Notes: a model not told the origin generated them from the letters alone. A stretch of 64,000 bases of DNA from Eledone cirrhosa (GCA_964016885.1 OZ024744.1:83514001-83578000); one strand, 5' to 3'. Counted from the first letter of the stretch, positions 15,386-29,129 are shown. Program-made: numbers and translations.

Positions 15386-15879
15386 TCTTTTAACCTTGCG
15401 GAATAGATAAAATAAAGTACCAGTAACACACTGGACGCATTTAATTGACTGAAATTGCTGACCTTGTACCAAATGTAGAAACAATTATTATTAGTATTAT
15501 TTCTTCAGCTGTTTCATGCAAATTTCTACAGCATCACCAGGAACACATCCATGTCCCTTACATGCGTGCAGCATGCCGTATTCTTATTTTCATAGGGCTC
15601 AGGTAGTATTGACTCTTCCTGTTAGTATACTGCATCAGTCTTCATTTGTATTGAAGTTTAGTTTCTTGTTTTGCATTTGTTCTGTTGTGTGTGATGTGAG
15701 TTGTGTTAATATTATTTTTTGCATTGATCTTGAAGAGTATATTTTGCGTGTTTTATTTTATTAGGTACTTATTGTAGAGGGTGTGTGTTGTATATGAAGA
15801 TTGTTCTATTCAAGCTGTGTTAGTGAATCGATAATATTTTGTGCAGGATGCGGGCTGTTTCTAGTAGAGCTTTTATTTA

Positions 15880-16880
15880 TTTTTTTTTTTTATAGTGTGT
15901 AGTGTTGTGATCCCCATACGGCTTCTATGTTTTTGTTCATATTTTTTTTTATCATAACAAATGTCCCGATTATTATATGCACTGTCGTTATCTTCCGCAC
16001 ATCTTGTAAATTTCAATTTCAAGAGTTTTGTATTTTGACAGTTTTTCCATTTCTTTTCGGGTAATATTTTGGTCAGAGGGCATTGCGATGTCTATCAATG
16101 TACATGTGGTTTTCAGTCCTTGATTATTAAGTCTGAACAGCTTTCCTTGATCTCTTTGTCAGTTTGGATGGATGCGCATATAACCAGAAGATATAGCCAA
16201 CTTGCAGTGTTGTGGCTTGTTTGTTCGTGTTTAAACCACTTCTAGTGTTTTCGCACTGAAGCCTTGGCATATTGCCCAGTGAATATGGCTTCCAACTTGA
16301 TCGCATATGCGTATGTATTCAAACTTTGCAGGGAATGGTCAGACAGAGATCGTGTGATCAACCGTTTCATTGAGCTGGTTGTACATTCTACTCATGGTGT
16401 TATGAACCGATTTCATTACTTTGTTCTTATAATTTATTATAGACAGACACTGGAATTGTGTAATGAGAAACAACTCTTCCGTTTCTGCTTTTAACCCGGA
16501 ACTTCTAAAACATTGTTGATTTCTATTCCGTCCTTACTTCTCAGTCAAACCTTGCCTAATATTTGCCGAGGACTAGTTCTCTCTACATTTCCTTTTTAGT
16601 ATGTTTTGCATTCGTCTCTATGTTATTTTTGCTTCTTTAACCATTTTGTTGTATTGCTATCTAATGTTATTGTTTCCTTATATAGCGAAAAAAAATATAT
16701 TTCATGTTTGTTCATTACATTTATCAGTCTTCTTCTATATGATTCTAGGTGCTTTTCCTGTCCAACTGTTGTTATTCTATAGAAGTTTTCCATTTGTGAC
16801 AGGCCGTAACCTTCTTGTGTATGAAGTAGGCATATTTTGTATAAGTCTGTTTTGGGGCGGATGCTTCATAGTATTATAAT
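15880..16880 (-). mobile_element. Second R4/Dong-like retrotransposon relic (zinc-knuckle region plus REL endonuclease)
   Basis: Minus strand: KAETEELFLITQFQCL...NETVDHTIS...EYIRICDQVGSHIHWAIC...IQTDKEIK..DLIIKD..CTLIDIAMPSDQNITRKEMEKLSKYKTLEIEI. Confidence 0.85.
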
Positions 16881-16885
16881 CAATA

Positions 16886-17090
16886 TTGGTAGTATCGGTA
16901 GAACGTCGGGCACTCTGCTTCGCGGCATAGAGTTACAGCTCTTTGTATTCTGAGTTCAAATCCCACCGAGGTTAGCTTTGCCTTTCATCCTTCGATAAAA
17001 TAAAGTACCAGTAATGCACTGGGGTCGAGTTAATCGACTTTCCCCTCCCCCCAAATTACTGGCCTTGTTTGTGCCTATATAAAAAAGCAT
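16886..17090 (+). mobile_element. Nin-domain-type SINE, near full length
   Basis: A-box tggtagtatcgg, B-box gagttcaaatcc, core ctttcatcc..cgataaaataaagtaccag, (TTA)n tail. Confidence 0.9.
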
Positions 17091-17125
17091 TATTCAATTA
17101 TTACTACTAATTATTATTATTATTA

Positions 17126-17190
<65 letters not shown>

Positions 17191-17191
<1 letters not shown>

Positions 17192-17385
17192 GAGCATCGG
17201 ACGCCATACTTTGCAACTTAGAGTTATGGCCCTTTATGATCTGAGTTCAAATCCCGCCGAGGTTAACTTTTGCCTTTCATCCTTACGGGGTCGATAAAAT
17301 AAAGTACCAGTCACGCACTGGGGTCGATTTTAATCGACCTTCCCTCCCACCAAATTACTGGCCTTGTGCCGCCTATACTAGAAAT
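17191..17385 (+). mobile_element. Nin-domain-type SINE
   Basis: Same consensus, in tandem behind the previous copy. Confidence 0.9.
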
Positions 17386-17435
17386 CATCATCATCATTAT
17401 CATCACCATCATTATCATCATTATTATTATTATTA

Positions 17436-17479
<44 letters not shown>

Positions 17480-17486
17480 ATTATTA

Positions 17487-17662
17487 TCGGTAGAGCGTCA
17501 GACGCCATGGTTTGCAGCATAGAGTTATGGCCCTATATGTTCTGAATTCAAATCCTGCTGAGGTTAACTTTGCCTTTCATCCTTAAGGGGTCGATAAAAT
17601 AAAGCACCCACCAGTAATGTACTGTGATAATTGCTGGCCTTTTGCCAAAAGTAGAAACAATT
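17487..17662 (+). mobile_element. Nin-domain-type SINE
   Basis: Same consensus, third tandem copy. Confidence 0.9.
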
Positions 17663-17690
17663 ATTATTATTATTATTACTATTATTATTA

Positions 17691-17786
<96 letters not shown>

Positions 17787-19038
17787 GCTGTTGTAAGTTT
17801 ATTGTTGGCGGTCGTGGTGTTGTTATTTCAGTTGCTACTGCTATTGTTGTTGTTTTTGTTTTATTTCCTTGCATTTTTCTTTGCAACGGCGTACTCGGTT
17901 GTGGCCAGTAAAATAAATCTTAATCGATCTCTAATAATACTGCTACTAATAATAATATTAATAACAGTTCGTTTCATAATAAAAAAAAAGTATATATTTT
18001 ACTGAAATATTTTGCACACTGAACAGATTATATAAAGAAAAATAAATTCGATAATATAAGAAAAAATTGCTATGTTGCAATTGTTTTCCAATCAATTCGA
18101 ATATTTTTTCTACTTGGTCAAATATGTGAAAAGTATCTCAAAGTAGACAACACTGTTTATTAAAATCTGCACTTGTTTATAATTTGAATATGCTGAAAGA
18201 AACAATCAACACAAAAGACAAACAGTAAAAATAAATACATAAATTAATCAAGAAACAAAGAGAATTATTTTTCGTATATTTTTATTTAGAATGAATTCTA
18301 AAGAAAACGTGAAAATGTAATCAATAAATTAGACTATTTTATCATCAGAAAAAATGCCTGCACAAGAAGAAACTAAATTCTGATAAACATAAACACTGAT
18401 TCCCAAAGACCGGCTCTAATTAAGCTAAACTTTCACGGACATCGTGGGAGGGAAGGCTGTGTAAGTTCTTGGTAAACCAGATTCACGTAAACTGCTTGCT
18501 CTAATTTCTTCATGTATTAATTTGTCTTTTAATTGATTAATGTTGTGTCACAATAGACTTAAACTTTCAATTCGCATGCGTCATATTGGTTGAGCGATGA
18601 TCTAAATGAATTTCTATATTAAATTATTTCCCGCTGTTTTCTGTGTAAATTATATCAGAATCAACTTTATCCCGAGCTCAGTTCCGATAAAGAAAACTTT
18701 TGATCAATGATCATCCTGTTCTAGCTATAATGTCTAACGCTCAACCACCACCACTGCCACCATTCAGATAGTATATTTAGGTTTACATTATCTAACGCGT
18801 TTTAAATACGTTTATCTAACGGGTTTAATTTGAAGGAGATTTGTTTGCTATACATAATAGACCAGAGAATCTGTACAAAGCCTGTGTTTTTTTAAGTTGT
18901 TATATTAATATGACTGCAAAATTATTTAAATAATTAACGTTAGCATACCCAATGAAGTAGTTAACTAATTAATGTTAGTATAGTTTGAATAGTGTTGAAT
19001 AAATTATGTAAATATAGCTGGGAAACTAAACAACACTG

Positions 19039-19254
19039 TTATGCTGGTCGGCTGAAAAGCTCATAGGCTTAAACGTTCCTGGACTGACCAAGATACTCTA
19101 ATGGAATGACCAAATGAGTTTTATTTTTTTTAACATAATCCCTGGAAGGAAACATGACAGTTATTAATAAGAGTTGAATTAATGCATGCAAAATTTCACA
19201 GCACTAGCATCAATCCTTCATAGTCTGCCTATGAACTTTTCAGCTTATCCTCAT
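19039..19254. mobile_element. Tc1/mariner-type MITE
   Basis: TIRs ta..tggtcggctgaaaagctcataggc / gcctatgaacttttcagcttatcctcata, TA-bounded; homolog split around the 55.9-57.8 kb insertion. Confidence 0.7.
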
Positions 19255-19479
19255 ACTGTAGCTGGGTAAAACACGATATACCATTCAATGTGTTGGAGCC
19301 AAAAATGTAAGACGTTTTTAAATATAACAGCTATTGTTTTCAATTGGCACCTCGCCAAAGAAATAAAAGCATAGGAATCTTATGATGTGAACGCAGAACA
19401 TTGTGTTGGATTTAATATTTACAAGGCATCACCATGAGTTCTCCTCTACGCGCTTTCTCGTTTGGCTACAATTGGGAGT

Positions 19480-20075
19480 CTAATATATATAAACCTGGAG
19501 AGATGTTAAAAGTTGTTGCGCATTTTCTAAGCAATCTGCAAGAAGTGCAATATCATCCGCAAAGTCATGGTCAGTGAGATGTTTAGAGGTGTGCTTAGAG
19601 CTCATGCGGAGTTTGATGGTTATACCTTTGCTATTGATTTTGTCATTTGAGAGTCTCAGGGTGTAGTCTAGTGCAATGATAAAGAGGAATGAGGCAAGAG
19701 TGTCACCCTGCATCACTCCTGTCAAATAACTCTGTTGGACCATCAGGGGTGATGATAGTGGCTACATCTGACTTTGAGAGAGATATATACCGGCCTCCCA
19801 CGCATATCTGTCGTTATACGTAAAAGGAGAGTAAGATTTGCTGGACACTGCCATCGTGCCACCTATGAGACTGTGTCCTCATTAGTGTTTTGGAAACCAC
19901 AAGCAGTAACTAATAACAGGGGGTGCAAGCTCTCCTATCCCGATGTCATCTCCAGAGATTATGGTATTGAAATCCAGGACTTGGCAACCGCAATGAACGA
20001 CAGACCCACGTGGAGATCAATTGTTGAATCCATTTCGACTGAGGCCGCCGGATGAATGAATGATGAAATGAAATA
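19480..20075 (+). mobile_element. RTE-clade LINE fragment with 5' inversion
   Basis: 19480-19770 on minus encodes RT motifs GVMQGDTLASFLFIIALDY...DFADDIALL; 19770-20055 on plus encodes C-terminal RRVRFAGHCHR...W; (gaat)-type tail. Confidence 0.85.
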
Positions 20076-20632
20076 TATAAGCCATACACGCAGCGAATAT
20101 TTTGGGTAACGTAATCCTAAATACATTATGTCTGAAAATGAAAAGACTGGAAGAACTTTCAAGAAGGTATACTTGATCAAAGCTAAATACCAACAACATA
20201 AACATCGCTAAATAACGTGAATAAGTAGCACAGTTGTTAACAGATTAACAATAACGACTAACAAAACTATTTAAAAATATCCTTCATCCTTCTCCGCCTC
20301 ATCATCATCATTATTATTTTTTTCATCCTCATACACATGCACACACACTCGCACGCGCGGGCACACACACACATACACACACAACCCCCCCCACACACAC
20401 ACACATACATACACACACACATATATATATAATCATTTTATTAAGGCTGAATAATGAGTCGTGTTACTCTGGTGTTTCGCCTGTTTATCACAGAGTCATC
20501 AGACAAGAAACTGTGATAAACAAGCAAAATTCCTGAATAGCAAGACTCATATTTCAACCCCAATAAAAATTAATATTAAAACTTTACTTCGATATTTAGT
20601 TCTCCTTTCTCTCAGCTGCCAACTACTTATGG

Positions 20633-20742
<110 letters not shown>

Positions 20743-20766
20743 AAGGAGTTATATGTATATATATAT

Positions 20767-20936
20767 AATGAAGGAAGTGAGGTAAGGAACCATAACGTAC
20801 CAGAGTACTCGATACTTTGGGTAGTAGAGTGGGTAATAGGAACGGCAGAGCTCAAGCCGTTTCGGCGGCTATATCTGGACTCAGATGTAACCGTCGAAAC
20901 GGTTTGAGCTCTGCCGTCGGGGTCCTAAACCTCTTC

Positions 20937-20940
<4 letters not shown>
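20767..20940 (-). mobile_element. Fold-back minielement family B
   Basis: Left tail, palindrome with gagctc and gtcgaaacgg, (TA)n flanks. Confidence 0.8.
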
Positions 20941-20975
<35 letters not shown>

Positions 20976-21312
20976 TATATATATATATTATATATTATAT
21001 ATTAAATATATATGTATGTATATATGTATACACCACTTATACACGTATACGTCACTGTAGTCCAACCATGTTCCGCCAGGTCAATAACCAGTTATCTCCC
21101 CATAATCTAAACAGCCATAGTCAATTGTTTGATACTATATTTTGCTATTATTGTTTGTTAAAACTTTAAAGCTTTTGGTGAATGCATGAAGCTTACATTA
21201 TCATCATCATCATCAACACCATCATCGTCATCATGATCAGCATAAACTTCATCATCACCATCATCATAATCGCAAGCAGTAGCAGTAATTATAGTAGTAG
21301 TAGTAGTAGAAT

Positions 21313-21368
<56 letters not shown>

Positions 21369-21774
21369 AAGGCGGTGGTGGTATTGTCAGTGCTGGAGGT
21401 GGTAAGGTGGTAGTTGTTAATTTTTTGTTGTTTTGTACGAATCTATCTCAGAAAGGTTTTTTTTTTCTAATTTTTTTTTTATATCACATGCGTTTTGTTT
21501 TTGTCATTGTTGTTGTGGTTTTTGTTGTTGTTGTTGTTGTTGTTGCTGTTATTGTTGTTGGAAAGTTCTCTTAACCCACCACCACCACACACACACACAC
21601 ACACACACACACGCTTCATTCATCTTCCCCTCCCCCTCTCCCAATAACACACGGTTAGAATTGATATAAAACAGACGCAGCTAAATTTGTGAGTGACGGT
21701 CTGTTGCTAATGGAAGCGGTGGTGTGGGGATAATGATGTGAGAAAAGGGGAAAGAACAGGTAGAGGGGCGGAAA

Positions 21775-21816
<42 letters not shown>

Positions 21817-21858
21817 TTCTCTCTTTCACTCTCTTTCTTCTGTCTTTCTTTATTTCTT

Positions 21859-21944
<86 letters not shown>

Positions 21945-22144
21945 TTCTCTGTCTTTCAACCTCCTTTCCTTTCTCAACTGCGTATTCCTGTCACCCGTTC
22001 ATTATCTATATGAATGGTTGTTATGTAGATATCGCTCTGTATATTTTTTTTTTTTTTATGTCTCATCTACTTCGCATTTATCTCCCGTCATCTCTCTTAT
22101 ATCACCATTCCCAGGTCAATTTTTCCACGTCAAGTTTATAACTG

Positions 22145-22188
<44 letters not shown>

Positions 22189-22221
22189 ATGTCTGTCTAT
22201 CTGTCTGTCTGTCTGTCTGTA

Positions 22222-22264
<43 letters not shown>

Positions 22265-22296
22265 GAATCGACATGTATGTCTGCCTGTCGGGCTCA

Positions 22297-22427
<131 letters not shown>

Positions 22428-22585
22428 CATACATGCATACATATATGTATATACATACATATATGTATATATATATATATATGTGTTAATATTCATGATT
22501 AGATATGTATATATATACATGTGGGTGTATACATGCATATGAACACACATACACACAACCATACACCCATACATATATGCTTATG

Positions 22586-22648
<63 letters not shown>

Positions 22649-22857
22649 GTGTGCGTGTTTGTCTGCATGTATGTGTGCCAGTCTGCCTCTCTGCCTCTCT
22701 GCCTTAATCTTTATTAAATTTAGACACCCTAGCACATCCTGATCTCCCGCCCTTAAAAATGGAAAGCACGTATTTCCCTTTTTGCTTTTATGATCTTCTG
22801 CTCATTTCTATGTTGATGATACCATTATATATCTTTCTATACATCTACTTACATCAT

Positions 22858-22975
<118 letters not shown>

Positions 22976-24296
22976 CACATATGATGATATATGTATATAT
23001 ATATTCTTACCAATTTATCTCTCTCTCTCTCTTTCTTAAACTTCTCCACCACTCTCTATGTCGTTCCTATATACGCCACACCTTTTTGTTCCTCTGCCCT
23101 AAAAGAGAACGCAGTATCACCTTTTTTTCCTTCTTAGTTTTCTTAATGATTGATTTTCAATTGTCTTGTCCCTCATGGCCTTACTATAAACACAGTTTGA
23201 ATGGCAACAAACCCTTTATTTCAATAACATTATAATAAACAGTTCATACCAATGTTAGATCCATCTCTATTGGATGCACTCCCGACCGTCACCGCCAAAC
23301 AATAATAATAATAATAACGACACAAACACAATCACCAGCTCCAACAATAACTACAATCAACAGTAACTACCTACAACAACACCACCCCACCAACATCCAC
23401 ACAACACAACGCCCACCATCACCCACTACCAGCAACACCAACATCAATAACAATTCAATCACCGTCATCAACACCACAACCAGTACAACCAGTAGAAACA
23501 CTTTAAAAAAATCATCAACAATAATAACAACACCTCAAGCACGACCACCACCAACAACAACAATAAAGAAAACTCAGAGCAATGTCCCTTTCTTACTTCT
23601 GTTCTCTCACTTTCTATTCTTCTCTGGAAGAATTCAGTTTTGGAGAGAAGATGGGTTCCACCGGGTTTTAAAGTACCCTAGAGACGTCAAAATGTCAATA
23701 CGGTGCCCCTAAAACTCTATCAGGATTTACGGGACCATACCATGCAATCCACAACTAAAATCAATATTGTCGATTCTAGAACATATACTTCTCAAAACAC
23801 ATCTTACTTTATCTAAACAAAACAGTAATTCACTAAGAGTGTTGGTTAACAAATTTGAAATTAGTTACGAGTATTACCAATGCCAACCGGTAAGAGTTCG
23901 TCTTAAATACACCGATATAAATATATTGTATATTTGCCCTTTCCAGATCATCTGGATCATTCGTCGAATTTCTGCGACTCTTCAATCGGTGTAAAAAGAC
24001 AGAATGTCATCATGACGTAATACGAATAACATTGACGATGCGAATGTAATATAAAACAGAGTGAACGCATCCATTATTCCAAATCCACCTTTCTGTCACT
24101 CTCTTTATTTCATTCTCTGATCCGCCCTTTCTCAATCCGCCCTTATTTTCTCTCTTTCTCCCCCCCCCCTCTCTATCTCTATCTCTCTATCTCTATCTAT
24201 ATATCTATCACTGCCTTTCTCTCATTCTCTCTCTCCACATACACACACATTTGCATGTATATGTATTTAACAGAAATCAGTAAAAGAAATTAAAAA

Positions 24297-24366
<70 letters not shown>

Positions 24367-24369
24367 TTA

Positions 24370-24400
<31 letters not shown>

Positions 24401-24806
24401 CTAGGGACTGTAACTTGGAGTTACTGTAGGTTCACCCGGATGAGCACTCGATGTTTAGGTTCACTTCTGTGTTGAGGTGTAGAGCTATACAGAGTGTAGT
24501 ATAGTGAAAAGATAACAAGGACGTGGGGTTACTCCTTCATTACATTTATTGGTAGGTGACGCGCGTTTCACCAGTGATCAGCTCAAGGTTCGATCTGTAT
24601 CGATCTTACCCAACTCTATAATCCGCAGTTCGATGGACCCCTTAAAATGCTAGTTTTTAAGCATATTAAGGGGTCCGTCGAGCTGCGGATTATAGAGTCG
24701 GTTAAGATCGATACAGATCGAACCTTGAGCTGATCACTGGCGAAACGCGCGTCACCTACCAATAAATGTAATCAAGGAGTAACCAATCGTCCTTGTTATC
24801 TTTTCA
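24401..24806 (-). mobile_element. Fold-back minielement family D
   Basis: Inverted repeat 24505-24806 centred about 24655; each arm has GAAA-cgcgcg-TC (palindromic stem III); left tail 24401-24504. Confidence 0.75.
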
Positions 24807-24811
24807 ATATG

Positions 24812-24846
<35 letters not shown>

Positions 24847-24921
24847 ATGTATGTATATATATATATATATATTTATTAAAATAAATTTGGATTTTAGTCT
24901 TCAAATTTATTATTATTACTA

Positions 24922-24979
<58 letters not shown>

Positions 24980-25469
24980 TGGAGAGAGAGAGGGAGAGGG
25001 AGAGAGATGGGGTGGGAGGGGGCGGGGGGCGAGAGAGGGAGAGAGTTAAATTGATTGACTTAATGATTGATTGATTGATTGATTAAATGAATGATCGATG
25101 GTTTGATTGATTGGTTCGTTGGATGCAATGTAGGCATAACTATTACATAAAAGTTTAGCATTATAAAAAAATTGGTTTTCTCTCTTCGTTCTTTCTAGCT
25201 ATCATTCTATATTTCATTTCCTCTCTCTTTTAGATTTACACATACAAACACACATACATACACATAAATACACACACATAAGCAGGCACATAAAAATACA
25301 AAAAATATAGACATACATATTATACAAATATATATACGTACATACATGCATACGTATATATATATACATATATACATATATACACACATACATAAATACA
25401 AACATACAAACATATATATATATATACACACATATATATACACACAAATAAAAGACTAAAGTCTGTCTT

Positions 25470-25730
25470 AAGCAAGAAAGCTCATTTGGCCGGTGCTTAT
25501 CCCGGTTTCATGGTGTGAAGCGACTGAGAGTACACGATTCCCCCCTGGACAGGACACCAGTATATCGAAAAGTTAAGCTACAGCTATTGCTGGTACTCAT
25601 TTTCAGCTGAGTATACTGGAGTAACGGGAAATGAAGTGTTTTGGTCAAGAACACAACTCACAACCCAGGAATCGAACCCACGACATTATGATCGTAACTC
25701 AAACACACTTTCCACTAGGCCAAGTGCCTC
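25470..25730 (-). mobile_element. tRNA-derived SINE, second family
   Basis: B-box complement ggaatcgaaccc; central aagtgttttggtcaagaacaca; cagctgagtatactggag. Confidence 0.75.
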
Positions 25731-25846
25731 CAGATACATATAAACATACATACATATATACATACATACAGCAGAAAATAAAACAATATACGTGCATACA
25801 TAAATATATAAATATTCATAAAAACAAAAGTATGTTTGTAGTAGTA

Positions 25847-26226
25847 CAGTGAATCTTCGCTTATCCGGACGGTCAAAAGCAAACAGTTAGAAAAAGATCC
25901 GGTTAAGTGAAATATCCGGATAAGTGAATTCTAAAATCCCATTGTTACATAATGCTCGTGGTTTCTAATGTTTTGGCTTCTTTTAGTCAAAATAAAAGAT
26001 AAATGCTAAGTAAAGAAAGTGTATTAGAATAACAAAAGAACAGCTAGAATTTATAAGAAAATTAATTAAACAAACATAAGAATAACTAAAAACTTGGTAA
26101 AACTGAATTGAGTCAAACCATAAAAAGTTAGTACTTTTTTTTAAATGAATAAATAGTAGTATAGAAATAACCGTCCGGTAAATCGAATTTCGGAAAAGCG
26201 ATATCCGGATAAGCGAAGATGCACTG
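25847..26226. mobile_element. pogo/Tigger-type MITE
   Basis: TIRs cagtgaatcttcgcttatccgga / tccggataagcgaagatgcactg, TA on the left, subterminal tccggataag repeats. Confidence 0.8.
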
Positions 26227-26809
26227 GATTTGTTTCGCAAACAAATAAAACTTGCCTCGAAATGAAATTCTCTCTGCAATACACCTAAAAATAATGATAA
26301 TGTCTTTAGCTTCCATCAATTAAGTCCTTTCATATAATACAAGTAAGACTATTGAAGTAAGACTATTGAACTGGGGGATTTATCTACTTAATCCTAGGGT
26401 TAAAGTAATGTCTAACAATTTATCTATTTATCACTCAATATATATACATATGAATATATATATATGTATACACATGGTGTCCCGAAAAGTGTATACAATC
26501 TTCAACAGCATTCTAATAAATATAGCCTGCACGGGTAATCAAAATATGTATTAATATATGTGCATGTATGTATATATACATATATATATATATTGTTATA
26601 CTTGGGGAAGGCCATATTGTAATAATATTGCCAGAAATAATAACAGAACACACTCATTGTTTGGTTGGTTTTCGCTTCTGGATCTTTTATATCTCCATAG
26701 TTAATTCATTTGGCAATCGTTCTTTATCATTGATTGACCAACGGTCAAAAATACAGATATAAATATATATAGATTATCAAAGTTCTTTCGTTGCACAGAC
26801 GCACGCACG

Positions 26810-26903
<94 letters not shown>

Positions 26904-26939
26904 AAGAGATTTATATATGTGTGTGTATGTGTTTGTGTA

Positions 26940-27130
26940 AGCAATAAGTAAACGGATACAATAAAGAGAACAACATAGTACCACGAAGAAATATATTGGT
27001 TTAACGCTAGTAAGAATGGAATATTTGCGTTTCGGACACTAGTCATTTATCAGGAGATAGAATGGGAAATAAAAGATGAAATAAAAAGATAAAATGCGAG
27101 AAGAGGAAAGAAAGGAAAAATACCTTTTGA
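26940..27130 (-). mobile_element. Probable Penelope-type 3' remnant with degenerate hammerhead
   Basis: Minus strand: CTGATAA-atgactagtgtcc-GAAA-cgc...gcg-TT-aaac; related to 2775-3012. Confidence 0.5.
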
Positions 27131-27195
27131 GAAAAAAAAGCATGTGTGTAATTTATATATATATAAATCAGTAGTTCTGAAACTAGCTGTGTGTG

Positions 27196-27244
<49 letters not shown>

Positions 27245-27249
<5 letters not shown>

Positions 27250-27420
27250 AAAATATATGACCCCGACGGCAGATCTCAAGCCGTTTTGACGGCTATTTCT
27301 GGAAATTGAGCTCTGCCGTCGAGGTCATACATTTTCCTATAACCCACTCTACTACCCCAAGTATTGAGTACTCTGGTGCGTTATGGCCCATCTAGTTCCT
27401 TACCACAACTCCTACGTTAT
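27245..27420 (+). mobile_element. Fold-back minielement family B
   Basis: Palindrome with a partial deletion in the right arm, right tail, (TA)n flanks. Confidence 0.8.
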
Positions 27421-27468
27421 ATATACATATATATATATGTATATATATACATATATTATATATCTATA

Positions 27469-27521
<53 letters not shown>

Positions 27522-27715
27522 TCAGGTTTGAGGTTCACCGCTGTATAGAGCTGGTCAATTCTGTATGGTCAATCTTAATGTAATAATATAGAGAGTACTC
27601 AACGTAAAGCAGTGCAACCGTCTTTGTTTTTGTAGTTGGTGGTGCTATTACGGAGTTAAATATTATAATGAAATGACAGGAGGCTGGATTTGTGTAAATC
27701 CTTGAAAGGTTTATT

Positions 27716-27773
27716 ATACTATGAACATTTCAATGACCGGGTTCCGTATGAATCCGGTGATATCATCAGGTAT
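27716..27773 (-). ncRNA. Hammerhead ribozyme motif
   Basis: Reverse complement: atac-CTGATGA-tatcaccggattcatacggaacccggtcatt-GAAA-tgttca-TA-gtat. Confidence 0.7.
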
Positions 27774-27882
27774 TCGAAATATAATAAGTGAATGTAATAG
27801 ATAAAATCGATGGGGCTGAAAGTCAAAGACCCGAGAACGACCGCCATCCAGCATCTTCCACTTTAGCCGGTCGCCCTCAAGT

Positions 27883-27936
27883 CTGATGATATCACCGGAT
27901 TCATACGGAACCCGGTCATTGAAATGATCATAGTAT
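27883..27936 (+). ncRNA. Hammerhead core lacking the stem I 5' arm
   Basis: CTGATGA(27883)...GAAA(27921)-tgatca-TA; stem III ATGATCAT is a perfect palindrome. Confidence 0.6.
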
Positions 27937-28025
27937 AATAAACCTTTCAATGATTTACACAAGTCCAGCCTCCTGTCATTTCATTATATATATAAATGTG
28001 TATATATATATATAATATATATAAT

Positions 28026-28124
<99 letters not shown>

Positions 28125-28171
28125 TAATATATATATATATAATATATATATATAATATATATATATAATAT

Positions 28172-28241
<70 letters not shown>

Positions 28242-28276
28242 AATATATATATATATAATATATATATATATAATAT

Positions 28277-28310
<34 letters not shown>

Positions 28311-28354
28311 ACACACTTTATTATTCCCTTATTTTGTCTTGTATTGTTATTTTT

Positions 28355-28542
28355 GGGTGGATTGGCAGTATTGGTAGAGGGTCGGACGCCATGCTTTGCA
28401 GCAAAGAGTTACGTCCCTTTAGGGTCTGAGTTCAAATACCGCCGAGGTTAACTTTGCCTTTCATCCTTACGGGGTCGATAAAATAGAGTACCAGTAATAC
28501 ACTGCGATAATTGCTGGCCTTGTGCCAAATGAAGAAACAATT
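28355..28542 (+). mobile_element. Nin-domain-type SINE, full length
   Basis: A box, B box and core. Confidence 0.9.
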
Positions 28543-28826
28543 ATTTTTATTATTATTTTGCAACTATCCTTACTTTTAATGCCCTCCTGGCTCTCTCTTT
28601 GTTTGAACATTTGTAATTATTTATTTATTGTCATTCTATATATTCAAGTAATATCGTGCGTGTGTGTGTCTGTGTGTGTGTGTCTGTGTGTGCGTGTATA
28701 TGCGTGTGTGAGTGTGTTTTTGTTTGTTCGTATGTCTTTTCCTTGGTTTTGGTTTTTCTTTTTGTTCTTTGTTTTTGCCTCACGGCTTCTTTATTTCTAG
28801 CACATTCGAAGTTCTTCTTGCATGTA

Positions 28827-28865
<39 letters not shown>

Positions 28866-28867
<2 letters not shown>

Positions 28868-29054
28868 CGAAGTAAATGTGGTAAGGAACCAGGTGGACCA
28901 TAACGCACCAAAGTACTCAATACTTAGGGTAGTAGAGTGGGTAATAGGAACAAGTAAAACCCCGACGGCTGAGCTCAAGCCGTTTCGACGGCTAATTCTG
29001 GACAGAATTAGCCGTCGAAACGGCTTGAGCTCAGCCGTCGGGGTCTTACTTGTT

Positions 29055-29060
<6 letters not shown>
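28866..29060 (-). mobile_element. Fold-back minielement family B (near-perfect palindrome)
   Basis: Left tail; palindrome about 28944-29059 centred 29001-29002. Confidence 0.85.
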
Positions 29061-29111
<51 letters not shown>

Positions 29112-29129
29112 TCGAAAAACTCAGATTAC

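Larger units (their letters stand above)
27520..27988 (-). mobile_element. Fold-back minielement family E with twin hammerhead cores
   Basis: Arms 27664-27769 and 27883-27988, 113-nt spacer, left tail; (TA)n flanks. Confidence 0.8.

Noticed and set aside
16886-16975. tRNA gene
   Set aside because: The A and B boxes belong to SINE heads; spacing is expanded and there is no cloverleaf
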